NCBI GenBank assembly: GCA_963781885.1 | Contig: CAWAHW010000002.1 | Span: 576,001 to 640,000 of the forward strand | Source: an uncultured Spirochaetota bacterium | GTDB lineage: Bacteria; Spirochaetota; Spirochaetia; SZUA-6; Fen-1364 | DNA length: 64,000 nucleotides | Reading direction: 5' to 3' | Shown here: in pieces, positions 31,229 to 41,659 of the stretch | Numbering within the stretch: position 1 is the stretch's first letter | Layout of the letters: each line of letters opens with the position of its first letter | The notes under the pieces: model-generated | What the model was told of the DNA's origin: nothing | The model's database searches: none | Seen by the model: only the letters and a program-made list of their open reading frames with translations | Translations under genes and position numbers: made by a program

Positions 31229-33059
31229 CTTCATGCACGACGAAGAGGAGTTCACGACCGGCTTCAACGGGAAGACGGTGCTCCGCATGTTCGGCGAGCT
31301 GCGGAAATACTGGCCACGCGTGCTCGTCTTCTGCTGCCTGGTCGGTCTGGTGGCCGTCGGCGACGGTCTTTTCACCTACCTCAACAAGAGGATCATCGAC
31401 GAGGCGATTGTCACGCATGACACGACGCGCCTGGCGACTATTGCGCTCCTGTTCGGCGCGATCATGGCGGGGCAGGCCTTCGCGGTGTTCGGCATGGTGT
31501 TCTTTGCCGGCACGCTGGGCGAGCGCGTCCAGTACGACCTCAGGAAGAAGATGTTCAACCACCTCCAGGAGCTGTCGTTCTCCTATTACGACCGCACACC
31601 GGTGGGATGGATCATGGCGCGCGTCACCTCGGACTCGGGCCGGATCGCCAATCTCATCACGTGGGGTCTGAATGACGTCTGCTGGGCGATAACGAACATC
31701 ATCTCCTCCACCGTCTTCATGTTCCTCATCGACTGGAGGCTGGCGGCGATCATCTTCGTCACCATCCCCTTTCTCGTCATCGTGGCGGTGCAGTTCAAGA
31801 ACCGCATCGTGGGGGAATACCGCAAGGTGCGGCGGCTGAACTCCAAGATCACCGCCGCCTACAACGAAAGCATCTCGGGGGTGCGCGTCGTGAAGGCCCT
31901 CTGCCGCGAGGAGAAGAATCTCGCGGAGTTCTCCCGTCTCACGGGCGACATGCGGGCGGCAGGCTTCCGGGCGGCGTGGCTCTCCGCGCTCTTCCTGCCC
32001 CTCGTGCAGATCATCAGTGCCGTGGCAATCGGCGCCATTGCGTGGTTCGGAGGCTTGCAGGCGCGCGGCGGGCTCATCAGCGTCGGCGGGATCCAGGCGT
32101 TCCTCGGCTACGTCACCTTCATGATGTGGCCGATCCAGGACCTCGCCCGCGTCTATGCCGACATGCAGCAGTCCATCGCCTCCGCGGAGAGGACATTCTC
32201 CCTCATCGACGCGGTGCCTGAGATCGTCGACGGACCGGAGGCGGCCCCCTCCGCGGCGGCCGGCTCCTGCCTCTCCGGCGACATCGAGTTCGACCACGTC
32301 GACTTCCACTACCAGGAGGGAAAGCCCGTGCTCACGGACTTCTCCCTGCACGTCCGTCAGGGAGAGACGATCGCGCTGGTCGGACCGACGGGCGGCGGCA
32401 AGTCGACGATCGTGAACCTCGTGTGCCGTTTCTATGAGCCGCAGGGTGGCGTCATACGGCTTGCGGGGCGGGACTACCTCACGATCCCCCTCCACGCCAT
32501 CCAGTCGCGCATCGGCATGGTCCTCCAGACCCCGCACCTGTTCTCGGGCACCGTGCGGGAAAACATCCGCTACGGGCGGCTCGATGCCGCCGACGCGGAA
32601 GTGGAAGAAGCGGCGGCGCAGGCAGGGGCGCACGATTTCATCCAGCGCCTGGCGAAGTGCTACGACGCCGAGGTGGGGGAGGGCGGCAATCGCCTTTCTG
32701 TGGGCCAGAAGCAGCTTATCAGCCTCGCACGCGCGATCCTGGCGCGCCCGGACGTCTTCATCATGGACGAGGCCACCAGCTCCGTGGACACGCTTACGGA
32801 GAGCCTCATCCAGAAGGGCATGGAAGCACTCATGCGCGGACGCACGAGCTTTATCATCGCGCACCGGCTGTCAACCATTCGCCGCGCGGACAGGATCGTC
32901 GTGATTCAGGGCGGCACAATCGCGGAGATGGGCACGCACCACGAGCTCATCCAGGCGCGAGGCCACTATTACGAGCTGTACACGCGGCAGTTCCGCCACG
33001 AGCGCGAGGAGGGCCAGGAGGTGCTGGAGCTGCTGGGCAGCGACGCCGCGCCGGTGTAG
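31221..33059 (+). CDS. ABC exporter half-transporter (TMD-NBD), subunit 2 of heterodimer
   Basis: GPTGGGKS, degenerate signature LSVGQ, MDEATS; this asymmetry with subunit 1 is typical of heterodimeric multidrug exporters. Confidence 0.93.
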   Translation: MPDFMHDEEEFTTGFNGKTVLRMFGELRKYWPRVLVFCCLVGLVAVGDGLFTYLNKRIIDEAIVTHDTTRLATIALLFGAIMAGQAFAVFGMVFFAGTLGERVQYDLRKKMFNHLQELSFSYYDRTPVGWIMARVTSDSGRIANLITWGLNDVCWAITNIISSTVFMFLIDWRLAAIIFVTIPFLVIVAVQFKNRIVGEYRKVRRLNSKITAAYNESISGVRVVKALCREEKNLAEFSRLTGDMRAAGFRAAWLSALFLPLVQIISAVAIGAIAWFGGLQARGGLISVGGIQAFLGYVTFMMWPIQDLARVYADMQQSIASAERTFSLIDAVPEIVDGPEAAPSAAAGSCLSGDIEFDHVDFHYQEGKPVLTDFSLHVRQGETIALVGPTGGGKSTIVNLVCRFYEPQGGVIRLAGRDYLTIPLHAIQSRIGMVLQTPHLFSGTVRENIRYGRLDAADAEVEEAAAQAGAHDFIQRLAKCYDAEVGEGGNRLSVGQKQLISLARAILARPDVFIMDEATSSVDTLTESLIQKGMEALMRGRTSFIIAHRLSTIRRADRIVVIQGGTIAEMGTHHELIQARGHYYELYTRQFRHEREEGQEVLELLGSDAAPV

Positions 33060-33121
33060 AGCGGATGTGCGCGGGCTTCGCTATTCTGACCCTTCCACCC
33101 TGTCCCGTCTCTCCCGTCATG

Positions 33122-34124
33122 TCATACCCGGAAATAGTGCGGCCCTTTTGGATCGTAGATCGTGCGAAGCGCACCGGGCAGCAGGTCCACGGCAAAGCGG
33201 GTGGAGAAGATCAGCTCGCCGTCGAGGTGCGCCGGGGCCTCTTCCCGGTATTCATAGTCTATCCTTGCGGTCTGGAAATACCTCACGGCGGGGTTGTTCA
33301 GGTGCGATGCCTTCTTCACCTCGCCGAAGATGCCGAACCTTTTGAAAAGCCCCATCGGCAGCGTCGTGCAGATGTCGAGGAGGCCATCGTTGGCAATTGC
33401 CCTTGGCGTCACCTGCAGCCCTCCCGCGAGCCTCCTGCCGTTTGCGATCGTGTTCAGGAATGTCCTGTGCTCTTCCACCTTGCCGTCCAGGGTGATTTTC
33501 ATCGGCTTTTCGCGATAGAAGAGGATGTTCTTGACGATGTGCCATGTGTACTTGGCCTTGTTGCCGCCCCGGACCCTGCCATTCGACACGGTCGTAATTC
33601 TCCGCGGCGATCTGCGCGTCGACACCGAGCCCCATGCCGTTGATGAAATACCTCCCATTGCAGCGGCCGACGTCCATGTCCTGCGTCGCGCCGTCGAAAA
33701 GGGCCTGCCACTGCGCGTCGCCGAATCGGTCGGGGAATCCGAGGATATGGATGAAGTCGTTGCCCGTGCCCGCCGCCACGGCGCCGAATGTCACGTTCTT
33801 CCTGCCGACGAGGGCCTGCGCGATCTCCCCCAGCGTGCCGTCGCCTCCCACGCCGACGATGAGCGGGTAACCCTTCGCCGCGTAGTCGGCGGCGAGCTCG
33901 GTCGCGTGGCCCTTGGCGCGCGTGAGCACCACGTCGCCGGTGGCGCCGTGACGCTCCATCATCTGGCGGACGGTGCCGGCGCAATGGGCGCCGTACCCGT
34001 TTCCCGCCACGGGATTCACGATGAAGACCCAGGGCCGTCCCTCCTTGTTTCCGGCCCGGGTGCCGCTTTCCTGTGGCCGCTCCCGCTCGCCGCGGGGGGC
34101 TTTTTCGTCCGAGTGGCTCGTCAC
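33122..34124 (-). CDS. Diacylglycerol/lipid kinase family (YegS/DgkB-like), frameshift near 33585-33595
   Basis: VNPVAG, GGDGT, GTGNDF, DVG, GLGVDA in the 5' ORF; ANG..AGG, NDGLLD, HLDGE in the 3' ORF. GTG start overlaps the upstream TGA. Confidence 0.82.
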
Positions 34125-34846
34125 GTCGTTTTTTCTCCCATTTCTTGAAGTTGGCATCGCACTTTTTCCATTATTTCTTCATCACGCAGGCCGGCAAGCG
34201 CCCTGTAGGCAAGCGGCGCGCCGATGCCGATCCGGATCGGCTCCCGGGGGTTCAGCACGACGCTTCCCTTGCGCTTCAAGGCGAACGTGCCGCTGATCGA
34301 AACCGGAAGAACGTCGCTTTCGCTCTCCCGGAGCACCGCGACGAAGCCCCTCTTGAGCTGCTGCACCTTCCCGGTCACCGTGCGCGTCCCCTCCGGGAAG
34401 ATGCCCACCGAGACGCCACCGCGTATCTCCTTTGCCGCCAGGGCCAGAGCCTGCCCGGGCGCTGCGCGCGCTCGTCGTGTCGATGGGCACATAGTGGAGG
34501 ATCTTCAGGAGCCGGCCGAAAGGGGGATCCGCATGAGGTGATCCCTGCCCATGATGGCGATGCCGGGCACCGCGGCCATGAGGGCGGGGATGTCATACAT
34601 GCTGGAATGGTTGGCGACGACAAGGTAGGCCTTGCCGGGCTCCAGGTGCTCGCGGCCGCTGATGCGCGGGTGTCGCCCGAGCGTCCAGAAAAGGAGACGG
34701 GCCCACACCTGGCAGCCGACCCGGATAAAGGCCTTCCAGTTCACCAGGGCTGCCAGGCAGCCGAGGATGACCCCCACGATCGTCAGCGCATATCCCAGGA
34801 TATAGCACGCAAGCGTGGCACCAACCGTTCTCAAGGTATTCAACAC
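34121..34846 (-). CDS. Lysophospholipid (PlsC-like) acyltransferase, two apparent frameshifts (~34520 and ~34455)
   Basis: NHSSMYD (HX4D) in the first frame, YVPID in the second, FPEGTR and LPVSI in the third. Confidence 0.82.
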
Positions 34847-34966
34847 GGCGTCATTGTATAGTCCATTTTTCGAAAATCCGCCATACGTTGGCTGGCGATG
34901 TCCGCGAGGCGCAGGGAAGCCGCGTGCGATGCTGGCACCGCCGCGTGCGAGGGTCTATGATGCGCC

Positions 34967-36262
34967 ATGAGGATCATCGTCGGCCACACGAATATGGACC
35001 TCGACTGCCTCGGCTCCCTCACGCTGGCCCGTCTCCTCTATCCCGGTTACCGCGCCGTCCGCAGCAGGCTGATCCACCCGGTTGCCCGGACGCTCTACAA
35101 CCTCTATGCGGACAGGCTCGACATGGCTTCCCTGGAGGACCTCGCGGGAGAAACGGTGGACGCCATGGTCGTCGTGGACACCAGGTCGGCTGCGCGGATC
35201 AAGGAGTTTCTCACCTGCATGAACCCCCTTCCCGCGTCGATCGAGGTGTGGGACCACCATCCGGCCGATTCATCCGACATCCCCGGCGCGGTTGTCCGGG
35301 AGGACACGGTGGGTGCCAACACCACCTTGCTCGCGCGTGAGGCGATGCGTCGCGGCGTCCATCTTGCTCCGGAAGATGCCACCATCGCGCTCACGGGCAT
35401 CTTCGCCGACACGGGCAACTTCACGCACGAGAACGTGCGCCACGCCGATTTCGACGCTGCCGCGTGGCTCACCGGGCAGGGCGCATCGCTCGTGCTCGTG
35501 AAGTCGTTCCTCCAGACCCTGAAGGAGGAATCGCAGATCACGCTGTTTCACGAGCTTCTCAACCGCCTCACCTACCAGACCATCCACGGTCATTTGCTCG
35601 TCACGGGATATATGGAGATGGACCGCCAGGTGGGCGGTCTCGCCGCCGTCGTCGAGAAAGTGCACGAGGTGGAGAACCCGGACGCGACATTCGCCGTGTT
35701 CTCCTTCCTCCGGCAGAATGAGACACTCTTGATCGCCCGCAGCCAGGAACGGGGCATCGACGTCGCGCAGATCCTTGCCCCTTTCGGCGGCGGGGGCCAT
35801 CACCAGGCCTCCTCCGCGCTCGTCAAGGGAGTCACCGGTCGCACAACATTCCATGCCCTCCAGGCATGCCTGAAGACGATGCTCGCCGAGGCGGCGACCG
35901 CGCAGACCCTCATGAGCCGCGAGTTCGCGGCGCTGGACGTGAATGTCTCCCTCGGGGATGCATCGCTCTTCCTGGAGACGCACGACCGCACGGGGGTGCC
36001 CGTGGTGGACGCGGACTTCCACCTCTGCGGCTACCTCAGCCTCCGCGACGTCGCCAAGGCGCGCCGCGGCGGGCAAATGGCCGCGCCCGTCGGTTCCCAC
36101 ATGGCGCGCCAGGTCGTTCTCGGCACGCCGGCGATGTCGCTGCGCGAGATCGAGGCGCTGTTCTTCACCCACACGGTTTTCGACGTCCCGATCGTGGAGA
36201 ACGGCAAGCTCGTGGGCGTGGTGACGCGTGACGCGTACCTGAAGGCGCGCGCGGCCTCTTGA
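34967..36262 (+). CDS. DHH/DHHA1 phosphoesterase with C-terminal CBS pair
   Basis: HTNMDLDCLGS, VVDT, WDHH, GIFADTG, GGGGH, two CBS repeats. Confidence 0.88.
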   Translation: MRIIVGHTNMDLDCLGSLTLARLLYPGYRAVRSRLIHPVARTLYNLYADRLDMASLEDLAGETVDAMVVVDTRSAARIKEFLTCMNPLPASIEVWDHHPADSSDIPGAVVREDTVGANTTLLAREAMRRGVHLAPEDATIALTGIFADTGNFTHENVRHADFDAAAWLTGQGASLVLVKSFLQTLKEESQITLFHELLNRLTYQTIHGHLLVTGYMEMDRQVGGLAAVVEKVHEVENPDATFAVFSFLRQNETLLIARSQERGIDVAQILAPFGGGGHHQASSALVKGVTGRTTFHALQACLKTMLAEAATAQTLMSREFAALDVNVSLGDASLFLETHDRTGVPVVDADFHLCGYLSLRDVAKARRGGQMAAPVGSHMARQVVLGTPAMSLREIEALFFTHTVFDVPIVENGKLVGVVTRDAYLKARAAS

Positions 36263-36429
36263 CGCCGCGGGGCACCGCGGACGGGCGTCCGTACTTGACC
36301 AAGCTTCAATCATGGAAGCACACTCAGGCCGGTTGGTTCCCGGGGGCACGCCGCGCGCCGCCGGTGAACGAGGCATTCGCGGCTCGCCGCACCGGGCATG
36401 CGCGCGCCGCGTAAAGGAGCGGGCCTTCC

Positions 36430-39261
36430 ATGAACGATATGCTGGCGCATCTCTTCTCCCTCAAGACGGAAACACGCGGCTATTGGGCGGAGCGCATCGT
36501 GGCGGAGCTCGAGTACGCCGTGCACTTGTCCCGGGGCGCGGGGCGGCGCCACGACGCGCTCATCCGCGCCGCCATCGAGAGCCTCGCGTCCGCGCAATCG
36601 TCGCTGGGCGCGATCACGCGCGACATCGTTGAAGAGACCGAGGCGAAGCTCGCCAACGTCGCCGAGGAGGCCAAGAGTCTCACCATCCTGTGCCCGGCGC
36701 ACGCGCATATCGACATGAACTGGCTCTGGCGATTCGACGAGACGGTCGCCGTCACCTTGGACACGTTTCGCACGATGCTCACCCTCATGACCGAATACCC
36801 CGGATTCACGTTCTCCCAGTCGCAGGCCGCCGTCTACCGGGTCGTGGAAGAGTACGACCCCGAGATGCTGAAGGAGATCAAAAAGCGCGTGAAGGAGGGC
36901 CGCTGGGAGGTGACCGCCTCCACGTGGGTCGAAGCGGACAAGAATCTGCCCAGCGGGGAGAGCCTTGCGCGGCAGACGCTCTATACACGGCGCGCCTTGT
37001 CGCGCCTGCTCGACATCGACCCGGATACGCTCCTTCTCGACTTCGAGCCGGATACCTTCGGTCACAGCCGCAACGTGCCGGAAATCCTCGCGCGCGCCGG
37101 CGTGCGCTGGTACTACCACTGCCGCGGGGACGACGCGCACGTCCTCTACAAGTGGCAGGCGCCCTCCGGCGCGCAGGTGCTCGCCTACCGGGAGCCGGCC
37201 TGGTACAACGCCGCCGCGGGACCGTCTTTCGCGGCGATGGTCCCGGACTTCTGCCGGAAGCACGGGATCTCCGCCATGATGCGCGTCTACGGCGTGGGCG
37301 ACCATGGCGGCGGCCCGACGCGCCGCGACATCGAGCGCATCATCGACATGGACGGCTGGCCGCTTTTCCCCCGGGTCCGCTTCTCCACGTTCCGCGAGTT
37401 CTTCACGCTCGCCGAGCAGGCCACGGGGAAGCTGCCGGTCGTCAATCGGGAGCTCAACCCGATCTTCACCGGTTGCTACACCTCGCAGGCGCGCATCAAG
37501 GCGGCAAATCGGATGGCGGAGCAGCGGCTCATCGAGGCGGAGACGTTCTCGAGCATCGCCTCCGTGGTGACGTCCTCCCCGTACCGCACGGCGCATCTCT
37601 GCCGCGCATGGGAGGCGGCGCTCTTCAACCAGTTCCACGACATCGTCACCGGTTCGGGCGTGCCTGACACGCGCGACTACGCGCTCGGCCAGTTCCAGTC
37701 AGTCATGGCCGCGGCGAGCACCGAAGCATCGCTCGCGCTGCGCCGCATCGCCGCGCTGGTGGACACCTCCACGCTCGGGGATCCGCGTGAGGACGCGCGG
37801 GCCACGGTGTCGGAGGGCGCGGGCGCCGGCTACGGGGTTTCGGACTTCCGCCTGTCTCTGGTTGAACGGGGCAGGGGCAGGACCCGTATCGTGCACGTCT
37901 TCAACCCCCTTCCCTGGGAGAGGACGGGCAACGTGGAGGCGGTGATCTGGGACTGGGAGGGGGACCCGGCGCGTCTCCAGGCAAGGGATGGAAATGGCGC
38001 CCCGATCGACCATCAGATTCTGCCCAACCCGCAGCACCCCTTCTTCGGCGAAGGCTACTGGGACCACCATTACCTGCGCGTCCTGCTTCCCGTCTCGGCG
38101 CCCGGTTGCGGCTACGCGACGTACGCGATCTCGGAGGCGCTTCCCCAGGAGCTGCCCGTGCAGGAGCCGGACTATCCCCGGGTCGAGCGCCGGGACGAAT
38201 ACGTCCTGGAAAATGAGCGCCTCCGCGCCGAGTTCGACCCGCACACCGCGGCGCTCGTCTCGCTCGTCGACAAGACGTCGGGCGACCAGATGGTGGACGC
38301 GAGCCGGGGCGGGGGCATCTTCCGCCTCATCATGGAGGATGATGCGAAGGGGATGACGGCGTGGACGGTCGGCAGGTGGAAATCGGCGCGGAGCATCCAC
38401 GATGACGTGCGCCTCACCGCCGCCCCGGGCACGGGCGGCCTGCGCCAGTGGCTCTCCTTCGAAGCACACTTCGCCTCCTCGCGGCTGTCGGTCACGGTCT
38501 CCCTCGACCGAGGCTCCCCGGCGCTTTCCTGGAGCGCCGAGTGCGACTGGATGGAGATCGGGCGCAAGGGCGCCGGCGTTCCGCAGCTGAGCTTTTTCCT
38601 CCCGCTCGCCGGCGAGATGAAAGCGTACCGCTCCGATGTGCCCTTCGGTGTCCTGGATCGCCCGCCCGCGGACCAGGACTTTCCTGCCAACGGCTGGGCG
38701 CTGGGCCTGCCGAAGAAACCGGGCAGGACGTCTGTCATGCTGAACGCCGACCAGAAGCATGGTTTCCGCTGCGTGGACGACTCCCTTTCCCTCACGCTCC
38801 TGCGAAGCTCCTACGATCCGGACCCCTATCCGGAGCTGGGCGTGCATAGGTTCGGCTTTGCGATTGCACTGGTGGAGTGCTCATCCGCTGCACGCCTTGC
38901 CGCTTCCGCTTCCGAACGGGCGCATCCCCTCGCGCCGCTTTCCGGTACGGCGCACGCAGGATCGCTTCCTCTCGCGCAGGGCTTCTTCACCCTTGCGGCC
39001 GGCACCGTGGCGGTCTCTGCCGTGAAGATGCCCGAGGAGGAGGGCGGGGGAAGCCTTCTCGTGCGCCTGTATGAGACCGATGGGAAGAAGACCACGGCGG
39101 AGCTTCGCTTCTTCTGCGCGCCGTCCTCCGCGTGGCGCGTCGACATCAACGAGCGGAAAACCGACGGTGAAGTGATCCTCGATGGCCCCACCGTCCGCAT
39201 CGAGGTCGCGCCATTCACCGTCCAGACCGTCATCGTTCATTTCAACGGCTGCCGGGGGTGA
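36430..39261 (+). CDS. GH38 alpha-mannosidase with intact catalytic motifs
   Basis: HAHIDMNWLW, PDTFGH, GVGDHGGGP, GCYTSQ, NQFHDIVTGS. Confidence 0.93.
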   Translation: MNDMLAHLFSLKTETRGYWAERIVAELEYAVHLSRGAGRRHDALIRAAIESLASAQSSLGAITRDIVEETEAKLANVAEEAKSLTILCPAHAHIDMNWLWRFDETVAVTLDTFRTMLTLMTEYPGFTFSQSQAAVYRVVEEYDPEMLKEIKKRVKEGRWEVTASTWVEADKNLPSGESLARQTLYTRRALSRLLDIDPDTLLLDFEPDTFGHSRNVPEILARAGVRWYYHCRGDDAHVLYKWQAPSGAQVLAYREPAWYNAAAGPSFAAMVPDFCRKHGISAMMRVYGVGDHGGGPTRRDIERIIDMDGWPLFPRVRFSTFREFFTLAEQATGKLPVVNRELNPIFTGCYTSQARIKAANRMAEQRLIEAETFSSIASVVTSSPYRTAHLCRAWEAALFNQFHDIVTGSGVPDTRDYALGQFQSVMAAASTEASLALRRIAALVDTSTLGDPREDARATVSEGAGAGYGVSDFRLSLVERGRGRTRIVHVFNPLPWERTGNVEAVIWDWEGDPARLQARDGNGAPIDHQILPNPQHPFFGEGYWDHHYLRVLLPVSAPGCGYATYAISEALPQELPVQEPDYPRVERRDEYVLENERLRAEFDPHTAALVSLVDKTSGDQMVDASRGGGIFRLIMEDDAKGMTAWTVGRWKSARSIHDDVRLTAAPGTGGLRQWLSFEAHFASSRLSVTVSLDRGSPALSWSAECDWMEIGRKGAGVPQLSFFLPLAGEMKAYRSDVPFGVLDRPPADQDFPANGWALGLPKKPGRTSVMLNADQKHGFRCVDDSLSLTLLRSSYDPDPYPELGVHRFGFAIALVECSSAARLAASASERAHPLAPLSGTAHAGSLPLAQGFFTLAAGTVAVSAVKMPEEEGGGSLLVRLYETDGKKTTAELRFFCAPSSAWRVDINERKTDGEVILDGPTVRIEVAPFTVQTVIVHFNGCRG

Positions 39262-39327
39262 TCCCGGCGGCGTGGCTGGCCGCGCCGGAACGGCGTCGCG
39301 CGCCGACGATGAAGACTGCATGTCGTC

Positions 39328-39356
39328 TTGACGCGCACCCCGCCAGCCGCTATGAT
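39328..39356 (+). promoter_or_regulatory. Near-consensus sigma70 promoter
   Basis: TTGACG-17-TATGAT upstream of a GGGAGG RBS and the 68-aa ORF. Confidence 0.75.
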
Positions 39357-39382
39357 GCGGGCTCGATTTCACGGGAGGCGCA

Positions 39383-39589
39383 ATGGGAAAGACCCATCGA
39401 GGCAAAGGGCTGAAGGATCAGGTTCGCCAGGGTCGGAACGAATGCCCGGTCTGCAAGAGGACCGCGGTGAAGGTCGTATTCGAGGTTCAAGTCAAGGACA
39501 AGACGATAAAGGTCTGCAAGACCTGCAAGGCTTCCATCGGCCACGGCAAGCTCCAGAAGGAAGCGGAAGCGCTCGTTCCCGCCTCCTAG
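39383..39589 (+). CDS. Small basic CxxC...CxxC protein, candidate spirochaete ribosomal protein (bL38-like)
   Basis: 68 aa, Lys/Arg-rich, CPVC and CKTC; own strong promoter and RBS. Family assignment is from memory and unverified. Confidence 0.6.
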   Translation: MGKTHRGKGLKDQVRQGRNECPVCKRTAVKVVFEVQVKDKTIKVCKTCKASIGHGKLQKEAEALVPAS

Positions 39590-39645
39590 GCCGCCCCCGC
39601 GGTGCGTATCCGCACCACGCCCTCCGGGGCGCGGGCGGACATGCG

Positions 39646-39789
39646 TCATTTCTTCCGCAGGGCCTTGAGCACTTCCCGCGAGATGAGCCGAACGATTTCC
39701 TTTTCCATGCTCGTCTGTTTTGTCTGGCAGAGTTTCTTGAAATCCTTGTGAATCGGGTCCGGTAGCGCGCGGATCAGGATGCTTCCCAT
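39646..39789 (-). CDS. 47-aa ribbon-helix-helix protein (FitA/Arc-like)
   Basis: MGSILIRALPDPIH...SMEKEIVRLI matches the RHH pattern; own TTGACG-17-TACTGT promoter. Confidence 0.7.
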   Translation of the reverse strand: MGSILIRALPDPIHKDFKKLCQTKQTSMEKEIVRLISREVLKALRKK

Positions 39790-39903
39790 GGGGAAACAGT
39801 AACACCCGCCCGGAGCGGCGTCAATGAATTCCGCGCCCCGCGCTGCCGCATTCCTTCTTTCAGGCGCCTTTGATACACTGTCGCATCCACGGAGGAAGAA
39901 GGC

Positions 39904-40311
39904 ATGACCGAGCCGGTATTCGTCGCGCTGCTGCTCGCCGACCGGGTGATCACGGAAGACAACCAGAAGAAGACCATCATCGGCACCTTCACGCAGTTCT
40001 CCGTTCGCCAGGTGCCTGCCGGCCTGCCGCCATGGTTCATCTATGCCGCCCTCACGAACATCGAAGGCGAGCATCCCTTTTCCGTCAATCTCGTCGTGGA
40101 CCGGACCCAGCAGGTCATCTTCTCCGCCGGCGGAACCCTGCGGGTGGACGAGCCGCGCCGCGTCGTGGAGCTGGTGATTCCCGTGCCGAATGTCGTCTTT
40201 CCCGAGGCAGGCACCCACATCGTCTCTTTCCACGTCGGGGGGGAGCAGCTTGCCTCCCGGATCCTCGACGTGGTGGTCGTGGATACCCATCCGAACCCGC
40301 CGCAGGCCTAG
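39904..40311 (+). CDS. Conserved hypothetical beta-sandwich protein (DUF6941-like)
   Basis: LLADRV....KKTIIGTF, VVFPEAGTH pattern; GGAGG RBS. Confidence 0.6.
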   Translation: MTEPVFVALLLADRVITEDNQKKTIIGTFTQFSVRQVPAGLPPWFIYAALTNIEGEHPFSVNLVVDRTQQVIFSAGGTLRVDEPRRVVELVIPVPNVVFPEAGTHIVSFHVGGEQLASRILDVVVVDTHPNPPQA

Positions 40312-40332
40312 GCAGGAGGCTTTCCCGCCCCC

Positions 40333-41649
40333 TCAGTCCTCGAAGCAGGCATCCTTCAGCTCGCATTTGCGATGACAGTGCTGCCGTCGCGACTCGAGCT
40401 GCTTCACGTACGCGGGGATATCCACCGTGACGGTGGCCGCACCCGTGTCCATCGCTGCCCGGGCCACGGCGGGGGCTTCCCAGAACAGGATGCGCGGATC
40501 GAGCGGCTTGGGGATGAGGTAGTCCGGTCCGAAGGAGATCGGGCCCGCGCCGAATGCGTCGTGCATGCAGGCGGGCACGTCCTGGTGCGCCAGCGCGGCC
40601 AACGCCCGCGCCGCGGCGAGCTTCATCTCGTCGTTGATGGACCGCGCGCGGACGTCGAGGGCGCCGCGGAAGATGTAGGGGAAACCGAGCAGGTTGTTGA
40701 TCTGGTTGGGGTAATCGCTTCGCCCCGTTCCCACGATGGCGTCTGCGCGCGTCTGGCGGGCGAGCTCGTAGCGGATCTCGGGATCGGGATTGGCGCAGGC
40801 GAAGACGACCGGGCGCGCCGCCATGCTCTCGAGCATCGCGGGGGTGAGGAGGTCCTTTCCCGAAAGGCCGAGAAAGACGTCGGCGCCGCGCACGGCATCC
40901 GCGAGCGTCCTCTCAGGGGTGTCCGCCGCAAGACGCTCCTTGTGGGCATTCATGTTCTCCCGCCTTCCCCTGTAGACCACGCCCTTCGTGTCCACGAGAC
41001 GCAGGTTGCCGCGCGCGGCGCCCATGGTGACGTAGAACTCCGCGCAGGTAATTGCCGCGGCCCCGGCGCCGCAGACGACCACTTTGATGGCGGAGATCGA
41101 CTTGCCGGTGATTTCAAGCGCGTTGAGAAGCGCGGCACCGGTGATGATTGCCGTGCCGTGCTGGTCGTCGTGGAAAACCGGGATGTCGAGCATCTCCCGC
41201 AGGCGGCGCTCCACCTCGAAGCATTCCGGAGCCTTGATGTCCTCCAGGTTGATGCCCCCGAATGTCGGTGCCATGGCGGCGACCGCCGTCACCATCTGGT
41301 CCGGCGTCCGCGCGTCGAGCTCGATGTCGAAAACGTCGATGTCGGCGAAACGCTTGAAGAGGATGCCTTTCCCCTCCATGACCGGTTTCGCGGCAAGCGG
41401 CCCCCGGTTGCCCAGCCCCAGTATGGCCGTGCCGTTTGTCACCACGGCCACGAGATTCCCGCGCGCCGTGTACTCCCAGGCGGCCGATGGCCGCCGCTGG
41501 ATCTCCTCCACGACGACCGCCACGCCCGGGGTATAGGCGAGCGACAGGTCACGCTGCGTGTCGAGCTTCTTCGTGGGAAGCACCTCGATCTTGCCCGGTC
41601 GGCCGGCGCGGTGGTAGTCGAAAACGTCTTGCGGGGAAATGTTCGCCAT
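40333..41649 (-). CDS. NAD(P)-dependent malic enzyme (MaeB-type ME domain, no PTA domain)
   Basis: [48 protein letters not shown]. Confidence 0.93.
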   Translation of the reverse strand: MANISPQDVFDYHRAGRPGKIEVLPTKKLDTQRDLSLAYTPGVAVVVEEIQRRPSAAWEYTARGNLVAVVTNGTAILGLGNRGPLAAKPVMEGKGILFKRFADIDVFDIELDARTPDQMVTAVAAMAPTFGGINLEDIKAPECFEVERRLREMLDIPVFHDDQHGTAIITGAALLNALEITGKSISAIKVVVCGAGAAAITCAEFYVTMGAARGNLRLVDTKGVVYRGRRENMNAHKERLAADTPERTLADAVRGADVFLGLSGKDLLTPAMLESMAARPVVFACANPDPEIRYELARQTRADAIVGTGRSDYPNQINNLLGFPYIFRGALDVRARSINDEMKLAAARALAALAHQDVPACMHDAFGAGPISFGPDYLIPKPLDPRILFWEAPAVARAAMDTGAATVTVDIPAYVKQLESRRQHCHRKCELKDACFED

Positions 41650-41659
41650 GTTGTCTTCC

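Noticed and set aside
39646-40311. Complete toxin-antitoxin module
   Set aside because: There is no co-oriented toxin; the neighbour is divergent and shows no PIN, RelE or HicA motifs.
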